64,000 bases of DNA from Eukaryota sp. GEM-RC1 (taxonomy: Eukaryota), in the NCBI GenBank assembly GCA_040285855.1, contig JAUFOQ010000006.1, forward strand, positions 2,170,001 through 2,234,000, given 5' to 3'. The position numbers were made by a program, and so were the translations under genes. The notes under the pieces were generated by a model. The model was given only the letters and a program-made list of their open reading frames with translations. It did no database searches and was not told the DNA's origin. Every line of letters starts with the position of its first letter. Positions within the stretch are counted from its first letter, which is position 1. Shown one piece after another: positions 38,030 through 49,267 of this stretch.

Positions 38030-38400
38030 CCCATTATTCACCTTTGAATAATGCTGAAGGTAAGAAATGTCTTCGTTATTGTGATTATAATTCTAAATTG
38101 AATTTACAAAGACATGATGCTTTGGTGTTTCAACATTCGGTGATTCAATTTATAGAAATTTGGGTTCTGTAGCTCAAACGTTTTTGTCATCTTTTAATCA
38201 ATTGTGATGTGAATTTGGCAAGAAGTTGAACAATAGTTATTGGAGGGATCGTCTCGTTTTTTCTATACTCGTTCAATGTTTCTGTATTTCGACGGAATTT
38301 TGAAGAACCTCTTTGGGGTTCAAGACCACGTCATGGAATAGTATTGTTAATTGTGTTTACATCTTTAGACTTTATGTATCTTTAAGAGATTAAAGATTTT
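38030..38400 (+). mobile_element. Older degenerate CRE-like retrotransposon 3' fragment (different family)
   Basis: Translates as 'SPLNNAEGKK..Y', 'IYRNLGSVAQTFL' and 'GKKLNNSYWRDRLVFSI', the REL endonuclease C-terminal motifs. Confidence 0.6.
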
Positions 38401-38422
38401 TTACAGTTCAAGAGTCTCATAA

Positions 38423-39921
38423 TAGTTTTGATTGGTAAAAGGAGTATATTGTCAAAAACCTTGATGATAATTTGATTTCGATTCAAAAAGAGTTGGATAT
38501 GATCAAAGTTCTTGAAATTGAAAAACACTTAACATTCTTCGTGCTCAAAATTTGTTATTCTGGAAAAATTACTCACTTTTTAAGGTCCCTTGCTCCTGAG
38601 TTATCTTATGATTTCTGCAGAGCTTTTAACAAAATTCGCATAAACTTTCGTCATTCCTTCTTCAAGTCAACCCCAACATTGTCAATAACCACACATTTTC
38701 CAGTGCATATCTTGGAGGTTTGGGATTTACATCTTTCAAATGGTGGACTGAAGCAGCTTTTATTGGTGGTGGAAAGAATTTTGTGTTCGAGTTTTGTGAT
38801 CGATATCCATCAAGAACTTCTCTTGTTAAAGTACTTGCAGCTTTTTTCTTCATGATCTCCGTGGTGAAATAGGAAATATTTCTCCTGAATTATGGTCATC
38901 TTGCGTTCCTGTTGATATCAAAGAAATTCCATGTCGAAACAGTTTGTTTTTAAAATTTGCTTTAAAGAAGCTACAAAATCACTTATTAATATATTTTGAA
39001 CGTTTAGATTTTACAGTCCATCTTAGCTCAGTTGAAGAAAAAAATCCAGCTTCCGTTAATGTCTTAATTGATTTAAAGGAGAGTTCTGCTGTGGCATTAA
39101 TTAATCAAATTCCACAAGTATATGGTTTATTATTAAATGATCATCAATGGACCACTACAATGCGACTTCGTTGCTATTTGTGGCAATACAATTTGCCAAA
39201 TGATCTTCAATGTAGCTGTGGAAAACAATTAACGTTTTCTCATCTGTTTAGTTGTAATCGCTACATAACTTATCGAACGTGTATGCATGATGCTGTAAGA
39301 GATCAAATACATGCTATGTGTAATTCTTACGAAATTGAGTCATTTGTTGAACCACTTCTAAGATCTTTAGAACCAAAATAATAATTGTAATGTCGAAAAA
39401 CAGAACCAATTTTTTGGTAAACGGAGAGCAGATGTTGTTGTCCCTTCTTCTTCAGACAAATTGTTTGTTGTCAATGTAGTGTCAGTGGATGTTTGTAAAA
39501 CGACATCTTTAAAGAATGCTTACTCTGAAACTTCCTCTTTAAACATTGCTGAACAAGTCAAACAGGATAAGTACAAGAAACCATTGATGGCTTTAAAACA
39601 TGTAAAACATGTTGAGTACGAATTATGCCCTTTTGCTGTTTCAATTTATGGACGTTTAGGAAAAAGTGCATTGAATTTTTTAGACGATTTCGGAAAAATC
39701 GTTAAAAATAGGATGAACAAACGTTTTGATCATGTGTTATGGTTGAATCGGATCGTTTTTACTGTTTTTAAAACAATTCCCCTAATCATCTCCAAAGCTT
39801 TATTAGCAGTGAGTTCCTTATATGAGGACAAAGCTGTTGTAAGACTTGATAGTGACGGGTGATGTTTTAATGATATCAAAAATTTTAGTTGTTTAGTTTA
39901 TTTCCTTTAGAACATAAATAA
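38423..39921 (+). mobile_element. 5'-truncated CRE-like (REL endonuclease) non-LTR retrotransposon, pseudogenised
   Basis: RT-thumb remnants ('KITHFLRSL', 'LGGLG'), 'RLR', CCHC knuckle 'CSCG....HLFSC', 'HDAVRD', 'RADVVV', 'AEQVKQDKY' and 'PFAVSIYGRLG'. 10-bp TSD agtctcataa at 38413-38422 and 39922-39931. Confidence 0.88.
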
Positions 39922-39954
39922 AGTCTCATAAAGTGAATTGGCTACACCCGATTC

Positions 39955-41103
39955 ATGTATCCTGCTCTTCTTCTTGAAGGTCATGCAGCAGTCCCTGTTC
40001 TTGTAGATTTTTCTTCCAGTGACCTCTATCTATTTCAATGCCCTCTCTTCAATCCAAGCAACTTCAGTCTCTACAACTCATCTGAAAATGTCAATCTTTC
40101 TTCTTCAGTCGTCAAACTTAGTCACTTTAATGTTCAATCAGAACTGCAATCAGTGATTTTTTCTTCAAGTAGTCAGACATTGTTTAGATTGATCTTCCAC
40201 AGTAAGTGCTTGACTCTGTTCTCTTCATTTCGGGGTCACATACTACTACACTTGTCTTCCTATGTTCCCGCTAGTTTTCTTTCTCAACTTCAACCCATCG
40301 TTTCTCACTGTGAACTCACTGATGATTTCACGTTACCTTTTCCAGGAGAGTTCCAAGATCAACAATGTAAAATAGCTATATCTACAACTTCTTTAACTCT
40401 GATACAACATGATTTCAGTCGGATTGTGCTCCTACTCTCTGATATTTGTTCATATTACTTCCAGTTCAGTTCGTCACATTATTTAGTTGCTCTCACAACA
40501 ACATCACATCAGAGTTTATCTTTCACAGTCTACAAGGATCCTCTGTGTGAGTTTGTTGTCACTCTCTCTTGTCGAATGGCTCTTACCAAATGTCCCCCAC
40601 CTGCCTCTTCCCATAGTAGCTCTTTCGTCACTCCGTCTCCTTTCCTCTCTATTCCTTTTTCTTCAAGTCTCACCCCTGTACAAACTCCTCTGAGATCATC
40701 ACCCAAAGATAGTGGTTCTGCTTTCTTATTGTTCTTAACTTATGGCACCAAACTAACTAAACACACTCAGCGAAAACGTTGGAATGTTTTTAATTTACGA
40801 CATGGTAATTCTACACATTACGAGTGGAATTCACACATTAGATACTTTTCAGTTGATTGCAAACAGAAACATCTCTTATGGTCTAAATCACGTTCCTCAG
40901 AAAAGAAGTCTGCGGTAGTCTGTGGGGTTGACATGAACTTGCCTTCCTCTCTTAATGTTGCGTCTTCTCTCCGCCGTACATTTAGGGTGTTGTTCATTGA
41001 TAGACCTGCTATCTATCTAACCGCAAGATCTCAAAGTACTTTTCAAAATTGGTTCTATGGACTTCAATATCTACTATCTTTAGATAAACAGTCAGCAATT
41101 TAA
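39955..41103 (+). CDS. Protein with C-terminal PH domain
   Basis: 'GTKLTKH...HIRYFSVD...LLWSK...IYLTARSQSTFQNWFYGLQYL' fits a PH pattern. Confidence 0.65.
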   Translation: MYPALLLEGHAAVPVLVDFSSSDLYLFQCPLFNPSNFSLYNSSENVNLSSSVVKLSHFNVQSELQSVIFSSSSQTLFRLIFHSKCLTLFSSFRGHILLHLSSYVPASFLSQLQPIVSHCELTDDFTLPFPGEFQDQQCKIAISTTSLTLIQHDFSRIVLLLSDICSYYFQFSSSHYLVALTTTSHQSLSFTVYKDPLCEFVVTLSCRMALTKCPPPASSHSSSFVTPSPFLSIPFSSSLTPVQTPLRSSPKDSGSAFLLFLTYGTKLTKHTQRKRWNVFNLRHGNSTHYEWNSHIRYFSVDCKQKHLLWSKSRSSEKKSAVVCGVDMNLPSSLNVASSLRRTFRVLFIDRPAIYLTARSQSTFQNWFYGLQYLLSLDKQSAI

Positions 41104-41242
41104 ATACATGTATCTGTATAAATATTCCAAAATATTATGATGGAAAACGGTACACGGGAATTTATTAAGCTCTGTGTGTTTAAAATACAGAAAGGATTTT
41201 GTAAAATAATGTTCAAATAAAACTTAAGTTATTCAAAAATAA

Positions 41243-41633
41243 TTACAATTCACCCATGGGATGACTGGACTTCGCCATTCTTGGATCAAACTTGGCATTG
41301 ACGTCCATAGACCTTTCAAAACTGAGAAGTTGTTCTTCCTCCTCTTTATCTTCACCAGTAACTGCTTCAAGAACATAACAATTATCACAGTGAGGACAGT
41401 GTTGGTCAGCTTGGTCTGCCTCGGGGTCTCCAAGGTCCACACGAAAGACTTTCCTACACTTCTTACATGCCAGCACCAATTCTGTTGTCTTTTCTAACTC
41501 ATGGTCATTCAAGTCAGCATGACATTGAGGACAGTCGTACCATTTCTTACAGCAAGGTGCACGGATAGAGACTTGAGCATTGATGATGTGTTCTAAGATG
41601 AATATGAGAGTCATAGAGCAGCATACTACACAT
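41243..41633 (-). CDS. CHY-type zinc finger protein, 2 exons
   Basis: After splicing 41593-41626 it reads 'MCKHIINAQVSIRAPCCKKWYDCPQCH...ACKKCRKVFR...CPHCDN'. Confidence 0.9.
41593..41626 (-). other. Spliceosomal intron, 34 nt
   Basis: gtatgc...attcatcttag on the minus strand, after ATG TGT A; removal restores the conserved MCKH N-terminus. Confidence 0.9.
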
Positions 41634-41954
41634 AGGTTAAGAATGAGAAAAGTTGGATGGATGAGAGTTAAAAAAGTTAATCATTTTTTGTTAGTACCTG
41701 ATTTTAATCCCGTATAACATGAAGAAGCTGTGTGTATGAGCTCACCAGAACTTGAACAAATGAAAACAAATACAATAAAACCATCTAGAATTGCTGTCAT
41801 TCAAATGAGAATGATGGTAACAGTAGTTTTAACAACATACTAACCGAAGAAGAACAGTAGTGGTGTTATATATGACGTCTGTTGCTTGTTGGAACAACAA
41901 AACATAGATCACATTAATTCTTTAAGACTATATAAGACAGAATTTTTTGACATA

Positions 41955-42367
41955 ATGTTTTCTGACCCAATATCGACTGCTTCCCTCATTCTATCTGGAT
42001 CATCTGTTGTTCTAGTAACTCTTCTGTGTCTTATTACTGCAAGATGTTTACAAGACTATAACGAAACCAATCGTCTACCAGACGTCATACAACAAGTTCC
42101 AATCCGTAAGGATTCCTTCCTTTAGACAGTACTTCAGACTGCGAATCCCCTAGATATTCTCCAAAACCAGCCATATCCAGAACTAGATCTCTAACAGAAC
42201 AAGAGTTTGCTCCTCCTCCACGTTCTCCATTTTCGTCTACTGGTTCGTCACCGCCGGTTACTCCAAAACGGTCACGTTCCTATTCATCTCCTAGTCCTCG
42301 GCCTGTTTCTTTCTCCCCTCCGAAGGGCTCAATCCTCTCCTCTTCACCCCTTATAAATTCAACGTAG
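41955..42367 (+). CDS. Small single-TM protein with Ser/Pro-rich tail; one frameshift at ~42121
   Basis: N-terminal hydrophobic helix. The -1 frame continues 'SPRYSPKP...SPPVTPKRSRSYSSPSPRP' to TAG at 42367. Confidence 0.5.
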
Positions 42368-42543
42368 TACTGCGTTGTCTAGAAGATATCTTTACTGCTT
42401 TTTTTCTTCTTGTATTATTCCATCAAACTCTGCTTTATTTGGTTATGTCCGGTCACGATATCTTTCTTGAGTTTTAGTCTTTTGTCTGTATCTAATTGTT
42501 TTCTTTTTGAAATGTATAAATTTTCCAATCTGATGTATATCTT

Positions 42544-44855
42544 ATGTTAGAACCTGTTGGACACTTCTCTACGAGAGAAACAATCTCCAGTTGTTCAACC
42601 AGTAAGTCTTCCATTCTTCTTGGAACATCTTCAGGAAAACTTCTTCTTTATGATGTTGATAGACATTCTCTCCATCAAATGCAGGCTCATTCAGGAGAGG
42701 TCTGTTCTTGCTTTATTCTTCCATCCAAGTCCTTAGTTATATCAGCATCGTTGGATGGCTCTTGTAAAACTCACTTAATACCTTTCTCTGATGAGTGTCA
42801 AGTCTCTGTGTGGCCTCAACCTTTCCGTGCGGATACTTCATCCACACACAATGTTTCTCGTTCAATTCAGAGCATGACAATTGATCCAGTAAAAGGCATA
42901 GTTGTCCTCTCTCTTTCACCTCATTCTCTTGTTCGTACTTGTGTATATACCCCCACTTCAACTCTAGCTATTCTTTCCATAGATCATCAATCTTTAAGAT
43001 TTCTACATTATGTTCCTCTTTCTTCTTGTCCTCCGTTGTCTCTCCACTCCATCTCAGATCCTCTCACTGGAATCACTAAGTTTTTGATCGGCCACTCACA
43101 CTACACGTCAGCAAACTGCTTTATTTCATTAGACTCTGACGTTTTAATTTCTAACAAATCTGTTCTACCTTCAGCTTCTTCTACTATTCATTCAAAACAT
43201 CATCTTCCTCCATGTCTTGCCAATGCTGGATCTGTCCCAGTCACTTCTGGTTACTCCCCTGAAGGAGGTTTTATTAGGTTTTCTTCCACTAGTTCTTCAA
43301 TTACACATTCACTACCATTTGGACCTCTTTCTAGTTGTCCAATGAAACTACCTTCAAGTGAAGGGGTTTTGGTTTGTGGTCAACAATTGAGACCTAGTAC
43401 TGCGTGCAGAGCTAATGGTGGGAAGTCTAGGTCTACTATGATTCAAAATATATTGGCTTTTGATATGAGAAATGGAGCAGTTTCGATAACGTTTGATTGT
43501 CTCTTTCCTAATTTGCAAGCAGTCAGGGTCACGTCAAGTGATCAACTTGTGATTGTTGTTGCTAAGCAACCTGGAAGTCGACGTAATTTTATTTTCTACT
43601 ATTCCTTTAATTTTAAATGTCCAGTGCTAGTCTCTATACCAAGACCATATGATCTAATTAATCTATCAACTTGCAATCAGTTTTCTTTACAGTCTTTAGA
43701 AAAGAAAGTAAAAATTCTAAATTATTGACAGTTTTTGAATTAGATACTGCTTCAACTTTCTCTTGTCCACCGTTCAAAGATAGATTCACCAATCGAGCTA
43801 TTTGTTCCTTTGTAGTTCCGTCAGGTGTTATCTTTTCAAGACTGTTACACTTTGGGGATTTATGGTTGTCAGCTTATGTTTTAGATCATAATGTTCAGGA
43901 AGTTGTCGTTTACACACCAAAAGGTGATTCCAGGGTTTTATTCTGTCGGTATCCAATCAAAATGATTGAGTCTTTTGATTGCTGGTTGATTGCTGTTCAT
44001 GATGGTTATCTATCAATTTTTGATTGCTCTCAGTTCCCAGATCTTCCTAATCTTCAGCTGATCCCTATTAATCACACTATAATCAAGTTTGTTGCCGGTC
44101 ATGATTGTTTATACTCACTCAGACACGATGACGTGCATTACTATTTATTCACTTCGTCATTTAGTAAGGGACAGTACATTGATGAAAAATATCCGTCTAC
44201 TAAAATTTCATTTTTAAGATATTCATCAACTAATTTTGTCTCATTCAATGTCCTATTCACCTTTGTTTTTTGTGTCGTGTCATCAGGGTTGGTATACATC
44301 ATTAGAAAGAATGGACCTTCTTCTTTTGAAGAAAATCAAGTTCTATGTATTCCGAGAGGTTTTGAACCCATGCATGTTCTGTCGACAATGGATCATTTTC
44401 TACTGTATAGTTCTACAGTCGACGTTACCTCTGTCGATCAACAACAACCTTTTTGTCTGATTATTGATATGATTGGATCAAAGCTATTAGCTTCACTGAA
44501 GGCTCCTGGTCGATGTCTAACTTTAAGGATATATGGACAATTCATTGTGGGAAACTTCCATTTACTTTACGATGAACGAGTTATGGGAATATATTCAATT
44601 GATAAAATAATAAAAAAACAAGCAACTGGGAGATCGTCAGTGATTTCGAAGGGATCAAGCGGTCAAATTAAGAGAGTGTCAGTTGAACACTTAAGATTAG
44701 TACCAAAAACTCTTAAAACACCATTACCTTTGCTAAATTCCGTTCATCTGCCAAAGACTCCTAAAAATAAGAACAAACGTTGTGAATCTGTTATAGACAT
44801 CACTAGAAGCAAGTCAGCGAACAGATTGTTAAAGAAGTTCGATAGTTTGAGATAA
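42544..44855 (+). CDS. Divergent WD40/beta-propeller protein; one frameshift (~43680-43720)
   Basis: 'LLGTSSGKLLLYD..AHSGEVCSC..VISASLDGSCK' is a WD repeat; two overlapping 394-aa beta-rich ORFs. Confidence 0.65.
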
Positions 44856-44870
44856 AGACCAATAGTATTG

Positions 44871-45218
44871 TTATGTTTCTGCAGAGCCGATTTCTTTGGC
44901 TAGTCTTGTTGTCATTGCTTTTCTTTCAGACTCTCTGCGTTTATCTTGGAGTTCTTGAAGTTGCATAGAAGGATTGAAGAAACCAACTTTCAGATAAAAG
45001 CCTTTAACAAGAAAACCAGAGAGCTTTTTAACAGCCACTCTGGCGTCTTCCAGTTCTTCATAGACAACAAAGCAGGTTCCACGTGTATTCCGTTCAACTC
45101 CCAATCTCAGCTGGCGGATAGGACCAAACTGCCCAAACAGTTCGAAAAGCTCTTCATGTGTGGCAGAATGAGGTAGGTTTCGTACAAAAAGAATACGGTT
45201 GACGTTAGAAGAAGACAT
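44871..45218 (-). CDS. SF3B6: U2 snRNP branch-site protein p14
   Basis: 'VNRILFVRNLP...ELFELFGQFGPIRQLRLG....TRGTCFVVYE...A..A...LSGF'. ATG at 45218. Confidence 0.92.
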   Translation of the reverse strand: MSSSNVNRILFVRNLPHSATHEELFELFGQFGPIRQLRLGVERNTRGTCFVVYEELEDARVAVKKLSGFLVKGFYLKVGFFNPSMQLQELQDKRRESERKAMTTRLAKEIGSAET

Positions 45219-45288
45219 TGAAAAGATCCCGTCCAATTCCTGTACATCACCAGACACCTCAACTTCTCTTCGTTATCACTTCTTTACA

Positions 45289-46782
45289 ATGCCAATTAAA
45301 CCCCAACTTGAATACAACACTATCTCTGCTGTCAATGGCCCTCTTGTTGTCGTTGAACATGTAGTTGTACGTCTCTTTACTTAATCTCTCAATTCAGAAG
45401 CCCATGTTCGGTGAAATTGTTACTTTAAAACTAGGCAATGGCAAGATTTGCACTGGCCAAGTTCTTGAAATCTCTGAAAGTCGATCTGTTGTTCAAGTCT
45501 TTGAAGGAACCTCTGGTATTGACTCTCTTTCCACCACTATTCGATTCACTGGAGATACCATGAAGATTGGAGTCTCTAGAGACATGCTAGGCAGAATCTT
45601 CAATGGTTCTGGAAAACCTGTTGATAACGGACCACCAGTATGCACTACCCATCTCTTAACCTAAGGTTCTATCCGAAACTTACCTAGATATCGCTGGAGA
45701 AGCCATCAACCCAACAATGAGAGAATATCCCGCGGAGATGATCCAGACAGGAATCTCAGCTATTGATGTAATGAATTCTATAGCGAGAGGACAGAAAATC
45801 CCTATCTTCTCAGGTTCTGGTCTTCCTCATGATCAATTAGCTGCTCAGATCTGCCGGCAAGCTTGCTTGGTCTCAACTGGGGAATCTGCTGATGAAGAGT
45901 TTTGTATCGTGTTTGCTGCTATGGGTGTTGCTCAAGAAACATCCAGGTTCTTCCAAGAATCTTTTGAGGAATCAGGAGCTTTAGGAAAAACTGTTGTTTT
46001 TTTAAATCTAGCTAACGATCCAACTATTGAACGAATCATCACGCCTAGACTTGCCTTGACTTGTGCGGAATTCTTAGCTTATGAGTGTGGGAAACACGTG
46101 CTGGTAATCATGACTGACATGCTGAGTTATGCTGATGCTCTAAGAGAGGTGGGTGCAGCAAGAGAAGAAGTGCCATCTAGAAGGGGTTACCCTGGGTATG
46201 ATCTTTATTCTTTCTCATCTTAGTTACATGTATACTGATCTGGCTTCTCTTTATGAAAGAGCTGGCAGAGTCAAGGGAAGGCCTGGGTCAATTACTCAGC
46301 TTCCTATACTTTCAATGCCAAATGATGATTTAACTCATCCAGTTCCTGATTTAACGGGGTATATTACTGAGGGGCAGATATTTATTGACCGGAAACTACA
46401 CAATCACCATATTTACCCTCCAATCAATGTGCTTCCATCACTTTCCAGATTGATGAAAAGAGCTGTTGGACCTGGATTGACAAGAGAGGATCATGCTGAC
46501 GTTTCCAATCAGTTGTACATAAATTACGCTAAAGGAAAGGATGCTAAAGCTATGGTTTCAGTTTTGGGTGAGGAAGGTCTCTCTAATGAAGATTTATTGT
46601 ATTTAGAATTTGAATCGAGATTTGAGCGAGATTTCTTAAGTCAGTCACCTAATGAGTGCAGAACAATTGAAGAATCACTGGATATTGCTTGGGAATTGCT
46701 TCGAATGTGTCCGTTAAGAGAGTTGACAAGAATACCGAAAGAATTACTTGACAAGTATTATAAACGAAGTTCAAAGAAATAA
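45289..46782 (+). CDS. VMA2: V-type ATPase subunit B, 4 exons
   Basis: 'VNGPLVV', '[11 protein letters not shown]', 'IQTGISAID', '[14 protein letters not shown]', '[18 protein letters not shown]', 'RRGYPGYMYTDL' and '[13 protein letters not shown]'. Three introns join the ORF pieces. Confidence 0.97.
45367..45397 (+). other. Spliceosomal intron, 31 nt
   Basis: gtacgt...ctctcaattcag; joins [12 protein letters not shown]. Confidence 0.9.
45638..45665 (+). other. Spliceosomal intron, 28 nt
   Basis: gtatgc...cttaacctaag; joins [13 protein letters not shown]. Confidence 0.9.
46196..46223 (+). other. Spliceosomal intron, 28 nt
   Basis: gtatga...ttctcatcttag; joins RRGYPG/YMYTDL. Confidence 0.92.
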
Positions 46783-46906
46783 AGTGAAGGTATTTTATGC
46801 TTTTTAATGCAATGTTGGAATGTAAATTGTCTTCTGAAGTGGAACAACGGGCTCACAGTGAATAGCAACTCACACATAGTGGTAGAAAATATGTAAGGTA
46901 TTAAAC

Positions 46907-48322
46907 TTAATTGCTAACTTCATTTCTGAGCTTATTAACTAAAGTCCAAAGTTCTGGATAATTCTGAGCAAACACGCGTTTTGCTTCTTCAACACGTGTT
47001 GGATTCTGTTTTCCAGTCTTTTGCCAGACCCAGATTGGTCTATAAGCATTTCTACCAGACACAAAAGAAACACAACCCTTGAATTGACATTGACAGAAGA
47101 TTTCAATGAACAAACACAATGGTTCAACAAAAATGTACGGTTTAAATAAATCAGCAATGTACAACGCCAAATGTCCGTCTTTTTTCAAATATTCGAGAGA
47201 TTTCACCACCATTGGGAATAACCACCCTGCAATCCATTCATCACAACTTGTCTTGGCTTCAACGGACTGTCCAACTTCTTCTGTATAGACCTCAAAAGTA
47301 AAGAAAGGTGGTCCAGTGAAGACCAAATCAAAATAGTTTTCAAATCCAGCAAGATCAACACTTTCAAAAGGGGAATTGAACATGTCAACTGTAGTTTTGC
47401 TTCCTACCTGTTTCATCCAATCCTCTAACTTTCTATACCCAGGAAATAGCTTAGAGTTGGGATCAACTCCCACGTAATGTTTGACGTTGCTTGCCATAGA
47501 GCCTAAAAGCCGATCACCCCACCCAGAACACGGGTCTAAAACACGTTTGGTATTGGGGAACACGGTCTTGAGAAGTCCCTTGACTTTTGATGGGAAGAAC
47601 GACGTGGCTTCCCTGCAGTGAGGTCCCTTTCTACTGAACTTCCACATGGCATCACGTAGACTTTCGGGATCAATACCTGTTTTTAGTGGGGTGATTGAGT
47701 TGATAGCGTTGAAAAGAAAGTTTTCATTTTTAAAGAAGGCTTCGGGAACTGTTGGATAGAAGGTGTTAGTATCGGTGTTTTTAGCAACACGTGCTTCAAG
47801 TCTAACTTCTTCATTGGCATAGTCAGAAATGACGTCAACATCATAGTCATTGGGCGTTGACGGAATGGCAGCATAAGAGTCTTTGAAGCGGTAAGAGAAG
47901 AGAGAACTGTGGAAATGGGTGAAACCGAAAACCTTTTCATTTCCAGAAGGCCCGTACTCCTCAGTAGCAAGTTGTGGGGGGCGGAAATCAAGCAGAGACT
48001 TGCATTTAGCTAGGATAGCTTCCTGGGGGGTGTAGAGTGACTTGTATGGAAAGGAAACGTTGTTTGTAGAAGACTGGATGGTACGAACAATAGACTTTGT
48101 TACAATCCAAGTCTCTCTAGATTCAAGATTATGTTCCTCACAGTAGGAAGAGAAGAGGTCGGATAGATCTGAGGGAGAGATTTTGAGGGAGACTGCTGAG
48201 TCCTTATCACTCAGAAATGGATGTAGATCAAGAAGTGGAAGATCAGCACTACTAGTAGAGTTGCCCCTTCTTTTTGAAGGAGGTGCAATGTGATTTGAGG
48301 TCTGGCGACGATAGCGAGACAT
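46907..48322 (-). CDS. SAM-dependent amino-methyltransferase (N6-adenine/N4-cytosine DNA MTase-like)
   Basis: Motifs in order: X 'EATSFFPS', I 'VLDPCSGWGDRLLG', II 'YVGVDPN', IV 'DLVFTGPPFF', then 'LKKDGHLALYI' and 'RPIWVWQK'. Basic NLS-like N-terminus (PPSKRR). Confidence 0.8.
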   Translation of the reverse strand: MSRYRRQTSNHIAPPSKRRGNSTSSADLPLLDLHPFLSDKDSAVSLKISPSDLSDLFSSYCEEHNLESRETWIVTKSIVRTIQSSTNNVSFPYKSLYTPQEAILAKCKSLLDFRPPQLATEEYGPSGNEKVFGFTHFHSSLFSYRFKDSYAAIPSTPNDYDVDVISDYANEEVRLEARVAKNTDTNTFYPTVPEAFFKNENFLFNAINSITPLKTGIDPESLRDAMWKFSRKGPHCREATSFFPSKVKGLLKTVFPNTKRVLDPCSGWGDRLLGSMASNVKHYVGVDPNSKLFPGYRKLEDWMKQVGSKTTVDMFNSPFESVDLAGFENYFDLVFTGPPFFTFEVYTEEVGQSVEAKTSCDEWIAGWLFPMVVKSLEYLKKDGHLALYIADLFKPYIFVEPLCLFIEIFCQCQFKGCVSFVSGRNAYRPIWVWQKTGKQNPTRVEEAKRVFAQNYPELWTLVNKLRNEVSN

Positions 48323-48363
48323 GGGGGATAAAAGATTTTTAATTTTTTCTCAACTTTGGATAT

Positions 48364-49267
48364 AGCTCGGCTAAGGAAAAAAATCCAGCTATCGCTAATT
48401 TTTTAATTGACTTAAAGGAGAGTTCTGCTGTGGCATTAATTAATCAAATTCCACAAGTATATGGTTTATTATTAAATGATCATCAATGGACCACTACAAT
48501 GAGACTTCGTTGGTATTTATGGCCTTATAATTTACCAAATGATCTTCAATGTAGCTGTGGAAAACAATTAACGTTTTCTCATCTGTTAAGTTGTAATCGC
48601 TACATAACTTATCGAACGTGTATGCATGATGCTGTAAGAGATCAAATACATGCTATGTGTAAGTCTTACGAAATTGAGTCATTTGTTGAACCACTTCTAA
48701 GATCTTTAGAACCAAGTAATAATTGTAATGTCGAAAAACAGAACCAATTTTTTGATAAACGGAGAACAGATGTTGCTGTCCCTTCTTCTTCAAACAAATT
48801 GTTTGTTGTTGATGTAGTGTCAGTTGATGTTTGTAAAAAGACATCTTTAAAGAACGCTTCATCTGAAACTTCTCCTTTAGACATTTCTGAACAGGCCAAA
48901 CAGGATAAGTACAAGAAACCATTGATGGCTTTAAAACATGTAAAACATGTTGAGTACAAATTATGCCCTTTGCTGTTTCCAATTTACGGACGTTTAGGAA
49001 AAAGTGCATTGAATTTTTTAAACGACTTCGGAAAAATCGTAAAAACAGGATGAACAAACGTTTTGATCATATGTTATGGTTGAATCGGATCGTTTTTACC
49101 GTTATTAAAACAGTTCCCCTAATCATCTCCAAAGCTTTATTAGCAGTGAGTTTCTTTTATGAGGACAAAGCTGTTGTAAGGTTTGATAGCGACGGGTGTT
49201 GTTTTAATGATATCAAATTTCAGTTGTTTAATCTATTACATTTATAAAAAGAACTATGTACAAAATA
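48364..49267 (+). mobile_element. 5'-truncated CRE-like non-LTR retrotransposon, same family as 38423..39921
   Basis: High nucleotide similarity to ~39025-39900; CCHC and REL motifs. 12-bp TSD aactttggatat at 48352-48363 and 49268-49279. Confidence 0.9.

Noticed and set aside
42106..42125. Possible 20-nt intron gtaagg...ctttag that would restore the frame
   Set aside because: It lacks the GTAYG start and the -7 A found in all five supported introns. A missing T in the adjacent run explains the shift equally well.
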